The position numbers and the translations under genes were made by a program. The notes under the pieces are model-generated. The model was not told the DNA's origin and did not search any database. It saw only the letters and a list, made by a program, of their open reading frames with translations. From NCBI GenBank assembly GCA_037137535.1, contig JBAXKC010000003.1, forward strand, positions 59,387 to 123,386: a DNA stretch of 64,000 nucleotides, written 5' to 3'. Positions 1 to 10,033 of the stretch are shown piece by piece; position 1 is the first letter of the stretch; each line of letters begins with the position of its first letter. The stretch comes from a bacterium (GTDB taxonomy: Bacteria > Cyanobacteriota > Vampirovibrionia > Gastranaerophilales > JBAXKC01).

Positions 1-125
1 TTTGCCTTAAATTTTCTGGCTCTTTCAAAATAGTTCAACTTATTCACCAACTATGTAATATACAGTCCTGTTTAATAGTAATATAACTTTTTTATGTTAA
101 ACTACGATATGAGGTTAGGGTCATT

Positions 126-1535
126 ATGTCTTTAATCAGCTTACTACAAAGAAAATCGGAAACAAAGATGCATAATCTTTATGATAAAAATATGTTAGCA
201 AGTAAAGAGCTTTTTATAAAATATCTTCTTAGCGGATGTAAAGAAGAAAAATACTTTGAAACTGGCTTGGAATTTGAAAAAATACCGGTTTCCTCTGATG
301 ATTTTAGAGCTGCTTCATATTATGGAGAAAATGGCATAAGAGAGTTCCTCATAAGTTTAAAGCAAAAATTTGGCTGGGATTATATTTGTGAAGAAGATAA
401 TCCTATAGGTTTAGACACTCCTTTTGGTTCGATAACACTTGAGCCGGGTAGTCAGGTAGAACTTAGCAGTATTCCTCAAAAAACAGTACATGACCTTAAA
501 AAAGTGACAACTCATTATAATACTATAACCGCTGAAATTGCGGAAATATACGGTATAAACTTTCTTGGCTATGGTATTCAACCTATAACTACTAACCTTG
601 ATATAAAAATAATTCCTAAAGCTCGATACGATATTATGACTGAATATTTACCCACAAAAGCAAATTTGCCTTTTGTAATGATGAGAGAAACAGCAGGTAT
701 TCAGACAGTCTTAGATTATTCTTCCGAGCAGGATTGTATAGAAAAACTTAGAACAATTTTAATGCTTACTCCTTTTGTTACGGCTATGTTTGCTAATTCT
801 CCCATAAGAAATGGAGCTGATACCGGATATAAGTCATATAGGGCTTATGCTTGGTTACATACGGACGAAGACAGATGTGGATTAATCAGCAGAAAAATAT
901 TTGATAATAAGGGAAAAGACTTTTCTTTCTCAGAATATGCTGATATTATATTTAATTTGCCTATGATCTTTCTGCATAAGGGCGGTAAATGGCATAATAT
1001 GAAAGGTCGTAGCTTTAACGACTATATGACTACGGGAATAAACAGTTTTGAAGTAACTATGGATGATTTAATGCTTCATTTATCTTCCTTCTTCCCTGAT
1101 GTCAGATTAAAGCATTATCTTGAAATAAGAAATAATGATTGCCAGACGTTAGATTATTTATATGCAATTCCTGCCCTCTGGAAAGGAATTATATATTCAG
1201 CAGAAGCAAGAGCTTCTATTGATAATTTATTTGAGGGTTTAACTTTTGAAGATTTTAATTATTTAAGAGCGAATGTTCCAAAAGATGGTCTTCAAACAGA
1301 AATAAAAGGCAGAAAAGTAGAGGATTATGCAAAAGAAATAATTTCTATTGCGGAACTCTCTTTAAATAAAATGAATAATAGAGATGAAGATAATAATTCT
1401 GAAGCAATTTATCTTCAAAATATAAAAGAATTAGTGCATAATGGTATGTGTCCAGCCGATGTGATTTTAAAAAATTGGTACGGCAATTGGAACAAAGATG
1501 TATCAAAACTTATAAATTATACAAAGATAAATTGA
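126..1535 (+). CDS. gshA: glutamate--cysteine ligase, GCS2 (plant/cyanobacterial) type
   Basis: 469-aa ORF. Long collinear similarity to plant-type gamma-glutamylcysteine synthetase blocks (ISLEPGxQxELS, KxRYDIM, MFANSP, FPDVRLKxYLExR). GAGG-like SD upstream of the ATG. Confidence 0.85.
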   Translation: MSLISLLQRKSETKMHNLYDKNMLASKELFIKYLLSGCKEEKYFETGLEFEKIPVSSDDFRAASYYGENGIREFLISLKQKFGWDYICEEDNPIGLDTPFGSITLEPGSQVELSSIPQKTVHDLKKVTTHYNTITAEIAEIYGINFLGYGIQPITTNLDIKIIPKARYDIMTEYLPTKANLPFVMMRETAGIQTVLDYSSEQDCIEKLRTILMLTPFVTAMFANSPIRNGADTGYKSYRAYAWLHTDEDRCGLISRKIFDNKGKDFSFSEYADIIFNLPMIFLHKGGKWHNMKGRSFNDYMTTGINSFEVTMDDLMLHLSSFFPDVRLKHYLEIRNNDCQTLDYLYAIPALWKGIIYSAEARASIDNLFEGLTFEDFNYLRANVPKDGLQTEIKGRKVEDYAKEIISIAELSLNKMNNRDEDNNSEAIYLQNIKELVHNGMCPADVILKNWYGNWNKDVSKLINYTKIN

Positions 1536-1542
1536 ATTTAAT

Positions 1543-2550
1543 ATGATAATTTCGCCTGAATCAATAATTACACAAATTTTATCCGTTCAAGATGTTGCCA
1601 GACTTGAGGCAATAGAATCGCAAGATAAAGTTCTTTTTGAGCAGTTTTCTGAATTTCATAATATTCAGGTTGTTACGAATGATTGCGGTAAATTTTTAAA
1701 ATTTGATGATAGTTATCAGTCGGGAAAAATTGATTCGCCTTTATACTCGGGGAATTTACCTTATATAAATTACTTTTTTCTTTCTCTTTTGTTTAATTCG
1801 GAGATAAAAAATATTTTATTTCTTGGAATGGGGGCTTCCTATGTAATTAAAGATTTTTTGCAGATTTGTAAGGCTGTAAAAAATATTGATATTGTTGAAA
1901 TTGACCCTTTAATTCCTCATATTGCCAAAGAATATTTTGATTTTGAAGAAAAAAAACCTGTAAAAGTTCATATTCAAGATGCAAGAGTTTTTGTAAGAAA
2001 CAGTAAGCAGAAATATGATCTTATTATTTGTGATATTTTTTCTTCTGAAGGTATGCCTTTCAGGTTTATGACTGCTGAGTTTTTTGAAGAAATAAAAAAT
2101 ATTCTTTCAGATAAAGGGGTATTTTGTGCAAATGTATTTAGTAATGTTGAAATAAACTCTCCATTAAATATATTTTTTAAGTCTTTATATAAAACCTGTA
2201 ATTCGGTGTTTAAAAATACGAATATTTTCCCGACAATCTACGGAAATATGCAAATGTATCGTCAGGTTTTAGGGCTTAAGGATGAACTTACCGACCTTAC
2301 AAATACAATTCTTATTTCTCAAAATAATGCATCGAAACTTTATAAAACCGATATTGAGGACAAAGTTGAAGAATTACAAAGAAATGTTAATTTATCGGCA
2401 TTAAAAGACTTAAAAAATTATGCAACTGATTATTGTGATTATAAAATTAGTTTAGACACTATAAAAATTTTAAGGGATAATTTTATAGAAGATAAGGATT
2501 TTACCCTTGAAACTATGTCAAAATATTTATTAATAAACGAAGACATATAA
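1543..2550 (+). CDS. spermidine synthase-like (PABS fold) SAM-dependent transferase
   Basis: 335-aa ORF, 7 nt after gshA. Rossmann motifs in PABS order: LFLGMGASY, VEIDPLI..AKEYF, IQDARVFV, YDLIICDIFS. Substrate not inferable. Confidence 0.6.
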   Translation: MIISPESIITQILSVQDVARLEAIESQDKVLFEQFSEFHNIQVVTNDCGKFLKFDDSYQSGKIDSPLYSGNLPYINYFFLSLLFNSEIKNILFLGMGASYVIKDFLQICKAVKNIDIVEIDPLIPHIAKEYFDFEEKKPVKVHIQDARVFVRNSKQKYDLIICDIFSSEGMPFRFMTAEFFEEIKNILSDKGVFCANVFSNVEINSPLNIFFKSLYKTCNSVFKNTNIFPTIYGNMQMYRQVLGLKDELTDLTNTILISQNNASKLYKTDIEDKVEELQRNVNLSALKDLKNYATDYCDYKISLDTIKILRDNFIEDKDFTLETMSKYLLINEDI

Positions 2551-2671
2551 TAGAATCTTTATAGTGCAACTTATTAAGGGATTTAATTATCAATCTTTAG
2601 GTTGATGAATATTTTAATAAGCAAATCAATAATATTAATAGAATAAACGCTCTTGGGAGAGTTGGAATAGA

Positions 2672-3436
2672 ATGAAAAAGATATATATAATTCTGGCGTT
2701 TTTATTGGGATTGGGCTTGGTGTTTTTAACAGAACCTTCTTTTGCTCAGGCTTATTTACCTTCTGTTCAGTTTAATGCATCGATGGGAGCAGCTAAAAAC
2801 CCTCAAGAATTTTCGCAGGGAATACAAATCCTTATTTTAATGACTATATTATCGCTTGCACCCAGTATTCTTGTTATGTCTACTGCCTTTATTCGTATTG
2901 CGATAGTTCTATCATTGGTAAGACAAGCTGTTGGTACTGCACAGCTTCCTCCAAACCAGGTTATTATGAGTTTAGCGTTAATTTTAACATTCTTTGTAAT
3001 GTCTCCGACTTTCAACCAGATTAATGAAAAAGCGTTAAAGCCATATATGAATAATCAAATAAATCAGCAAGCAGCCCTTACACTCGGGATGGAACCTTTA
3101 AGGCAATTTATGTTCCGTCAGACAAATCAGAGCGATTTGGCCTTGTTTGTTCAGATGGCAAAAATTCATAAACCAAAATCCACAGGGGATGTGCCAACTT
3201 ATGTTTTAATGCCTGCTTTTGTAATAAGCGAGCTTAAAACAGCTTTTAAAATCGGCTTTATGATATTTTTACCGTTTTTGGTTATAGATATAGTTATATC
3301 AAGTATTCTGGTATCCATGGGGATGATGTTTTTGCCACCCGCAATGATTTCTATGCCATTTAAAATAATACTTTTCGTATTGATTGACGGTTGGCATTTA
3401 ATTGCTAAATCACTTGTAGAAGGCTTTATAATGTAA
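2672..3436 (+). CDS. fliP: flagellar type III export apparatus protein FliP
   Basis: 254 aa. Signal peptide (..EPSFAQA) followed by the FliP/SctR core (ILILMTILSLAPSILVMSTAFIRIAIVLSLVRQAVG). Confidence 0.95.
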   Translation: MKKIYIILAFLLGLGLVFLTEPSFAQAYLPSVQFNASMGAAKNPQEFSQGIQILILMTILSLAPSILVMSTAFIRIAIVLSLVRQAVGTAQLPPNQVIMSLALILTFFVMSPTFNQINEKALKPYMNNQINQQAALTLGMEPLRQFMFRQTNQSDLALFVQMAKIHKPKSTGDVPTYVLMPAFVISELKTAFKIGFMIFLPFLVIDIVISSILVSMGMMFLPPAMISMPFKIILFVLIDGWHLIAKSLVEGFIM

Positions 3437-3452
3437 CTTCGGGGAAAGATAA

Positions 3453-3722
3453 ATGGAACAGCTTCAATTTTTAGCATTATTACAAAAAACTTTACTTTTA
3501 ATACTCCAGTTATCAGCACCGGTCTTGATAGTGAGTCTTGTTGTGGGCTTTGCTATCAGTATTTTTCAGTCTGTAACCCAAATTCAAGAAGCAACTTTAA
3601 CCTTTGTTCCTAAAATTCTTGCCGGGATTTTTACAATTATAGTTCTTGCTCCATGGATGCTTCAAGTCTTTATCGCAAGCACTCATGAGTTTTTTGATCA
3701 GATAACAAATGTATTGAGATAA
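3453..3722 (+). CDS. fliQ: flagellar export apparatus protein FliQ
   Basis: 89-aa two-TM protein in the conserved position between fliP and fliR. Typical FliQ/SctS size and hydrophobic pattern. Confidence 0.9.
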   Translation: MEQLQFLALLQKTLLLILQLSAPVLIVSLVVGFAISIFQSVTQIQEATLTFVPKILAGIFTIIVLAPWMLQVFIASTHEFFDQITNVLR

Positions 3723-3723
3723 T

Positions 3724-4509
3724 ATGGCTGATTATAATAACTTTTTTTCAATACCCAGCATGATTTTGTTTTTGCTTGTAATATCAAGATTATCGGGAAT
3801 GATGGCAACTGCCCCATTCTTTTCGACTTTTCCTGCTCCTATGCAGACTAAAATAGGTCTGGTTGCAATGATAGCTTTCATTATGCACCCGTTTGTTTTT
3901 CAGCATAGTAATTTTATGCTGCCAAAAGATATGTATTCTATGTCTATTTTGATGTTTAAAGAAATTTTTGTCGGTGTTCTTATTGGTTTTTGCGCAAATC
4001 TGATATTTGTAGGCATTCAAACAGGAGGGCAGCTTTTGAGTATGCAGATGGGATTGACTTTTGCAAATACTATTGACCCTATGACAAGGCAGAATGTACC
4101 TGTTGTCGGACAATTTTATCTTTATATCGCAGGATTATTATTTGTAACTTTAGGTTGTGATAAATGGCTTTTTACAAGTATTTATGACAGTTATAAAGTT
4201 ATTCCCGTTGGTTTGGATTTAAGTTTTGTCCCTAAAATAGTTCCTAGCGTTTTATATTATACCAGTCAGATATTTGTTATTTCTTTCGGGCTTGTTATGC
4301 CTATATTTGCTATGTTATTGCTTGTAGATATGGCTTTAGCATTTATGTCAAAATTAATGCCTCAAATGAACATTTTTATGGTGGCAATGCCTTTAAAAAT
4401 ATGGATAGGTTTGATTTTAATGAGTTTATTTATGGCAAATACTTCAATATACATCGGTAATTTAATGCAAAACTGGCTGCAAAGCCTTGGAAATATATTT
4501 TTAAGGTAA
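3724..4509 (+). CDS. fliR: flagellar export apparatus protein FliR
   Basis: 261-aa polytopic membrane protein, 1 nt after fliQ, in the conserved fliPQR order. Confidence 0.9.
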   Translation: MADYNNFFSIPSMILFLLVISRLSGMMATAPFFSTFPAPMQTKIGLVAMIAFIMHPFVFQHSNFMLPKDMYSMSILMFKEIFVGVLIGFCANLIFVGIQTGGQLLSMQMGLTFANTIDPMTRQNVPVVGQFYLYIAGLLFVTLGCDKWLFTSIYDSYKVIPVGLDLSFVPKIVPSVLYYTSQIFVISFGLVMPIFAMLLLVDMALAFMSKLMPQMNIFMVAMPLKIWIGLILMSLFMANTSIYIGNLMQNWLQSLGNIFLR

Positions 4510-4518
4510 GGAGATCAG

Positions 4519-5586
4519 ATGTCGGACGAACGGACAGAAGCGGCCACGCCCAAGCGGGCAGGGCAGGCAAGATCAAAAGGACAAATACCTAAAAGCTCTG
4601 ACTTTAACTCGGCTGTAATGCTTACAGTCGCATGTTCTTTACTTGGAATGTTTTCAGCTGGTATTTCAAATAAGTTAAGTGCAATAGCCACTTACACCTT
4701 CTCTCATTTGAATCCTGAGGATATTAACGAAAAGAACATCATGGGGATTTTAATTCCTTATTTTACTGAGATGGCCTATATCCTGTTACCAATTATGTTA
4801 ATTCTTATGGTTGCAGGTATTGCTTTGCAATATGCTCAAGTTGGAACACTTTTTACAACAGAAACCATAAAGCCTGACCTTAGCAGAATTAGTCCGATGA
4901 CTATATTAAATAATTTTAAAAAATTTGTAAGTCTTAATAGCGTAATCGAACTTGGAAAATCGCTTTTAAAAACGGCTATTGTAGGTGGTGTCGCCTATTC
5001 TGTCATTAACTCCAGAAAAGATGATATACTGATTCTGTTAGGTGCAGATGTCGGAAAATCATTAGGAACGGTAAGCGATGTTTGCTATCAAATGTTTATG
5101 CAGATATGTATAATTCTGATTATATTAGGTATAGCTGACTTGAAATATCAGCATTACAATCATCATAAATCTCTTAAAATGACAAAACAGGAGGTAAAGG
5201 ATGAAGCAAAAAGTGCTGAAGGGGATCCGGCAATAAAAGCAAAGATTAAAAGCATACAAATGAAATTTGCTATGCAAAGAATGATGGGAAATGTTCCTAA
5301 GGCAAACGTTATTGTTAAAAATCCGACCCACTTTGCCGTTGCAATTCAATATGATCCCGAAATTGCACCTGTTCCGAAAGTTATTGCAAAAGGTGTTGAT
5401 TATGTGGCTTTTAAAATATTAGAAATAGGTAAAAATAATAATATTATAATAATAGAGAATAAGCCTTTGGCTAGAACTTTATATAAATTAGTCCCCGTAG
5501 ACGGACTTATTCCAGCAGAGTTATATGTAGCAGTTGCAGAAGTGTTAGCTTATGTCTATAAATTAAATAATAAGGGTATTAAATAG
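4519..5586 (+). CDS. flhB: flagellar export switch protein FlhB
   Basis: 355 aa. N-terminal SDERTEAATPKR, four TM segments, and the NPTH autocleavage motif (VKNPTHFAVAIQY). Confidence 0.95.
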   Translation: MSDERTEAATPKRAGQARSKGQIPKSSDFNSAVMLTVACSLLGMFSAGISNKLSAIATYTFSHLNPEDINEKNIMGILIPYFTEMAYILLPIMLILMVAGIALQYAQVGTLFTTETIKPDLSRISPMTILNNFKKFVSLNSVIELGKSLLKTAIVGGVAYSVINSRKDDILILLGADVGKSLGTVSDVCYQMFMQICIILIILGIADLKYQHYNHHKSLKMTKQEVKDEAKSAEGDPAIKAKIKSIQMKFAMQRMMGNVPKANVIVKNPTHFAVAIQYDPEIAPVPKVIAKGVDYVAFKILEIGKNNNIIIIENKPLARTLYKLVPVDGLIPAELYVAVAEVLAYVYKLNNKGIK

Positions 5587-7710
5587 GTGTTCAAAGATAT
5601 CGATTTGAATGAATTTCTCAAAAATAATGATATTTTACTGGCAATTGGGCTGGTAACTATTATTGCTATGATGATTATTCCCTTACCCTCTATATTGCTT
5701 GATGTTTTGCTTACATGTAATCTTTCTGTTTCAGTAATTATCTTGTTGGTATGTCTTTATACAAAAGAACCCTTAGATTATTCAACATTTCCTACTATTC
5801 TTCTTGTTTCAACTTTGTTCAGATTGGGCTTGAACGTCAGTTCCACAAGGTTAATTCTGTTGCATGGAGAAGCAGGTCAGGTAATACACTCGTTCGGGCA
5901 ATTCGTTGTCGGTGGTAATTACGTTGTAGGTACAGTAATTTTTGCAATCCTTGTAGTTATTAACTTTATGGTTATCACAAACGGTGCGGGCAGGGTAGCT
6001 GAAGTAACCGCAAGATTTACCTTAGATGCTATGCCGGGGAAACAATTAAGTATTGATGCTGATTTAAACTCAGGTCTTTTAACTGAAGATGAAGCTAAAG
6101 CTAAAAGGAAAAAAATTCAAAGAGAAGCTGATTTCTACGGAACTATGGATGGTGCGAGTAAATTCGTAAAAGGGGATGCTACGGCTGGTATTGTTATTAC
6201 CGTAATTAACATTGTCGGTGGTTTAATTATCGGTATGTGGCAGATGCAAATGGATTTTATGACGGCTGCTTCAACTTTTACCATATTAACAGTCGGGGAT
6301 GGACTGGTTGCACAACTTCCTGCTCTTATTATTTCAACAGCAACAGGTTTGCTCGTATCAAGAGCAAGTGGCAGTGAAACATCTTTAAGTACCGATATTG
6401 AAAATGAAATGTTTGATGATCCTAAAGTTTTAGGTATTGTATCGGGTCTTTTATGCCTTATGGGTATTATTCCGGGTATGCCGTTCCTTCCGTTCTTTGC
6501 TGTTGGCGGAGTTGCTGGTTCATTAGCATTTTTTAAATATAAAAATCCAAAACCTAAAAAAGATCCTGTAAAAGATGCGGCACAGGCTAAAAAAGATGCA
6601 AGTGCAGAGGGGGAAGAAGGTTCTGATGAGCAATCAAAGAAAAAAGGCAGTCGTGAATCAGTTATGGAACTCTTGGCGGTTGAGCCGATGGAGATAGAAA
6701 TAGGCTATAGACTGGTATCTCTTCTTGAGATAGAACAAGGCGGAGATTTATTAGAAAGAATTGCTCAAATAAGAAGACAAACCGCTATGGATTACGGTAT
6801 AGTCCTCCCTTCAATAAGAGTTAGAGATAATTTACAGCTTGCACCAAATTCTTATCAGATAAAATTAAAAGGAATTCCGATTGAAGTGGGAGAAGTTTAT
6901 GCGGATTGTCATTTAGCAATGACTTCTGGAATGAATGATCCTAATTTGAATGGTATAGATGCAGTTGAACCTGCTTTTGGTCTGCCTGCCTTATGGATAG
7001 GCGAAGAGCAGAAAGAATACGCAGAATCAATGGGATATACCGTTGTAAGTCCATCTGCCGTTGTTTCGACTCATTTAACAGAAGTTATAAAGAAGAATGC
7101 TTCTGATATTTTAAGTCGTACGGATGTTCAACAGCTTATTGATAACGTGAAAAAGACTCATGAAAATCTTATTGACGATTTAACAAAAGAAAGTAATATT
7201 TCAACGGCTGAAATACAAATCATTTTACAAAATCTTTTAAGAGAGCGTATTTCTATAAGAGATTTGCCAACGGTGCTCGAAGCAGTCAGCACTTTCTGTC
7301 GTGTAAGTAGAAATACTGATTACCTTACGGAACAATGCCGTATAGCTCTTTCAAGAAGTATCTGTAAGCAGAATTTATCAGATGACGGTGAATTGCTGGT
7401 AATTACAATTGCTCCCGAAATAGAAAATATAATTGCATCAGGCATAAGTGCTGACGGTCAAAGTTTAAACTTAGAGCCTAATTTTACAAGGTTATTAATT
7501 GATAACTTAAATGCAGAAATAGAAAAAGCTTTGAGTTCTACGGGGTGTCAGCCTGTAATATTGTGTAGCGGCGGTATAAGGCTTGCATTTAGAAGACTTA
7601 TTGAGCGTACTTTCCCTCAAATAAGCATTCTTTCTTATAATGAAATAGCTCCTAATGTTAAAGCCAGATCAGTTGGCTTTGTGAACATTGAAGCTATTTC
7701 TCAATCTTAA
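5587..7710 (+). CDS. flhA: flagellar export gate protein FlhA
   Basis: 707 aa with a GTG start immediately after the flhB stop. FHIPEP-family blocks (GAGRVAEVTARFTLDAMPGKQLSIDADL, FYGTMDGASKFVKGDA) and a large cytoplasmic C-domain. Confidence 0.95.
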   Translation: MFKDIDLNEFLKNNDILLAIGLVTIIAMMIIPLPSILLDVLLTCNLSVSVIILLVCLYTKEPLDYSTFPTILLVSTLFRLGLNVSSTRLILLHGEAGQVIHSFGQFVVGGNYVVGTVIFAILVVINFMVITNGAGRVAEVTARFTLDAMPGKQLSIDADLNSGLLTEDEAKAKRKKIQREADFYGTMDGASKFVKGDATAGIVITVINIVGGLIIGMWQMQMDFMTAASTFTILTVGDGLVAQLPALIISTATGLLVSRASGSETSLSTDIENEMFDDPKVLGIVSGLLCLMGIIPGMPFLPFFAVGGVAGSLAFFKYKNPKPKKDPVKDAAQAKKDASAEGEEGSDEQSKKKGSRESVMELLAVEPMEIEIGYRLVSLLEIEQGGDLLERIAQIRRQTAMDYGIVLPSIRVRDNLQLAPNSYQIKLKGIPIEVGEVYADCHLAMTSGMNDPNLNGIDAVEPAFGLPALWIGEEQKEYAESMGYTVVSPSAVVSTHLTEVIKKNASDILSRTDVQQLIDNVKKTHENLIDDLTKESNISTAEIQIILQNLLRERISIRDLPTVLEAVSTFCRVSRNTDYLTEQCRIALSRSICKQNLSDDGELLVITIAPEIENIIASGISADGQSLNLEPNFTRLLIDNLNAEIEKALSSTGCQPVILCSGGIRLAFRRLIERTFPQISILSYNEIAPNVKARSVGFVNIEAISQS

Positions 7711-7712
7711 AT

Positions 7713-8879
7713 TTAGGAATTTATTTCATTATCAAGTGTATTATTCTTTAAAGATTCTAAATCTGAAAACTTGTTTTTTCGGCTAAACATATATCCTGAA
7801 ATAGCAGCTGTTGCTGGCACGCAAAGCACAATACCTATACTTCCGGCTAATGCTGAAAATATTTCAGTTGAAATTGAATTAAGGCTTAAAAATTTTATGG
7901 GGGAAATGCTTGAAGCAAGTACAGCTAAAGGTAAAGAGCCTCCAATGTAAGCTAAAATAAGAGTATTCGCCATTGCTCCCGTTATGTCAGAACCTATATT
8001 CATTCCTGATTGATATAATTTTTTAAAACCAATTTCTTCATTCGTCTGATGAATTTCATAAATACTGCTTGCTATAGAAATTCCTATATCCATAATTGCC
8101 CCGAGTGAGCTTATAAGCATAGAAGAGGCCAATAAACCTCTAAAATTAAGCTCAGGATGCATACTCTCTAAAATAATGGATTCCTGATCATGAAAGCCTG
8201 TCAAATAGCCGAATTTAAGTGCATATAAAGCAACTAGTCCTGCAATAAAAAGACCGCATAATGTTCCTAAAATAGCAGACAAGCTTTTCATGTTAAAGCC
8301 TGAAACCGATATAATAGCAATAACTGTTGCAGCGGTGCATACAGCAAGAGTAACAGCAATTAATGGAAGTTTTCCTGTAATTGACGGTATCAAAATAAAG
8401 GCTATAAGCGAAAAGGTTGAAAAAATAGAAACAATGGATTTAACCCCTTTTTTGCCTGATATTAGTATCATTGAAGCTAGAAACGCTATAAAAACAACAA
8501 TTAAAGCTGGTATCCTGTAAAAATCGGCTAGATAAAAAGTCGCATTGGTTTTAGAAGTTGGCTCAACGTCTAATAAAACATGGTCTTTTGGCTTTACTTT
8601 TATGTCATATGCTTTATTAGCGGATAATTGATTATCAAGATGTATTATTTTACCTTTATATGGCCCGCTTTCTACTTTGAGCGTTACTTTTTGTACAGAA
8701 GCATTTGCTCCTAATGATTGAGAAAGAGTTTGACTTAATTTTTGTTCGTTTACGCTGATTATTTTTGCTGAAGCATAATCACTATTGTCAGCTGCTTTCA
8801 TACTTGTTGATTCTTGTGCAACGGCAGGCGAACTAATAGTTATACATAGTAATAACATTATAAATACTTTGATTATCAT
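7713..8879 (-). CDS. YibE/F family membrane protein
   Basis: Signal-like N-terminus and a soluble N-domain, followed by about 7 TM segments typical of YibE/F. The ORF-track TTG start (8900) overlaps ruvB. The ATG at 8879 lies 4 nt after the ruvB stop and is preferred. Confidence 0.65.
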   Translation of the reverse strand: MIIKVFIMLLLCITISSPAVAQESTSMKAADNSDYASAKIISVNEQKLSQTLSQSLGANASVQKVTLKVESGPYKGKIIHLDNQLSANKAYDIKVKPKDHVLLDVEPTSKTNATFYLADFYRIPALIVVFIAFLASMILISGKKGVKSIVSIFSTFSLIAFILIPSITGKLPLIAVTLAVCTAATVIAIISVSGFNMKSLSAILGTLCGLFIAGLVALYALKFGYLTGFHDQESIILESMHPELNFRGLLASSMLISSLGAIMDIGISIASSIYEIHQTNEEIGFKKLYQSGMNIGSDITGAMANTLILAYIGGSLPLAVLASSISPIKFLSLNSISTEIFSALAGSIGIVLCVPATAAISGYMFSRKNKFSDLESLKNNTLDNEINS

Positions 8880-8883
8880 AAGG

Positions 8884-9978
8884 TTAAACCCCGCTTTCAA
8901 ATAAACTTTGTTGAGTCAAAGGAGCTTTATATCCTAAGTGTTTATAACCGGCCGGAGAAACTTTTCTTCCTCTTGATGTTCTTAAGATAAAACCGATTTG
9001 AAGAAGGTATGGCTCATAAACATCTTCAATTGTACGAATATCTTCTCCTAAAGCTGCTGCAATTGTTTCAATTCCAACAGGCCCACCATTATATTTTTCT
9101 ATTATCATTGATAGCATATCTCTATCTGTTGTATCGAGTCCAAACTGGTCTATTTTCATCATATTTAAAGAAGCTTCGGCATTTTGGGTATCTATTAATC
9201 CGTTTGATTTAACTGAAGCATAATCTCGAACTCTTTTTAAAAGTCTGTTTGCAATTCTTGGCGTTCCTCTTGATCTTGCTGCTACTAATTCTGCTCCTTC
9301 TTGAGTGATTTCCGCATTTATGATTTTAGCTGTTCTTTTAACTATTTGAGTTAATTCTTCGTGGGTGTAAAACTCTAAACGATGTATTATTCCAAATCTA
9401 TCCCTTAAAGGTCCTGAAAGTGAACCTGCTTTTGTTGTAGCCCCGACCAGCGTAAATTTTGGAAGAGGAACTCTTAATGTTTTAGCGGTATTTCCTTTAC
9501 CTGTTGTTCTGTCTAAAGAAAAGTCCTCCATTGCCGGATATAAAATCTCTTCGGCAACTTTGTTTAACCTGTGAATTTCATCAATAAAAAGAACTTCCCC
9601 TTTTTTTAGGGTCATTAAAATTCCGATAATATCTCTTGGTCGTTCGAGAGCTGGTGCTGACGTGATTTTTATTCCTGTATTCATTTCATGGGCAATAATC
9701 GAAGCAATTGTTGTTTTTCCTAATCCGGGTGGACCGTAGAACAATAAATGATCAATTGGTTCTTCTCTTTGCTTTGCCGCTTCAATAGAAATTTTTAATG
9801 TTTCTTTTAGCATGCTTTGACCGATATATTCATCTAAAGATTTAGGTCTTATCGTATTTTCAAAACATCTGTCCAGATCATTTTCTTTTGCACATACGTT
9901 TTCACGAGTAGGTGTTGTTTTTATTTTTATATTGTTTTCATCATCAGAGCTTATTATTGCCATAGTTATAAATCTCAT
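8884..9978 (-). CDS. ruvB: Holliday junction branch migration helicase RuvB
   Basis: Walker [10 protein letters not shown], Walker B FIDEIHRL, and RuvB-specific [16 protein letters not shown]. An alternative ATG lies 15 nt downstream. Confidence 0.95.
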   Translation of the reverse strand: MRFITMAIISSDDENNIKIKTTPTRENVCAKENDLDRCFENTIRPKSLDEYIGQSMLKETLKISIEAAKQREEPIDHLLFYGPPGLGKTTIASIIAHEMNTGIKITSAPALERPRDIIGILMTLKKGEVLFIDEIHRLNKVAEEILYPAMEDFSLDRTTGKGNTAKTLRVPLPKFTLVGATTKAGSLSGPLRDRFGIIHRLEFYTHEELTQIVKRTAKIINAEITQEGAELVAARSRGTPRIANRLLKRVRDYASVKSNGLIDTQNAEASLNMMKIDQFGLDTTDRDMLSMIIEKYNGGPVGIETIAAALGEDIRTIEDVYEPYLLQIGFILRTSRGRKVSPAGYKHLGYKAPLTQQSLFESGV

Positions 9979-10033
9979 TTTTTATATTAATAATATTATA
10001 ACTAAAATAACCGCTTACTATGATTTAGCAGAA

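Noticed and set aside
2551-2671. Sigma-28 (TAAA-N15-GCCGATAA) promoter upstream of fliP
   Set aside because: Only a partial GAT match (TGATGAAT) is present, with poor spacing. It cannot be distinguished from background in AT-rich sequence.
2803-4113. Minus-strand ORFs 2803-3015, 3199-3519 and 3790-4113, lying inside fliP/fliQ/fliR
   Set aside because: They lie entirely antisense to well-supported flagellar genes. They have no SD and a skewed composition typical of shadow ORFs in AT-rich DNA.
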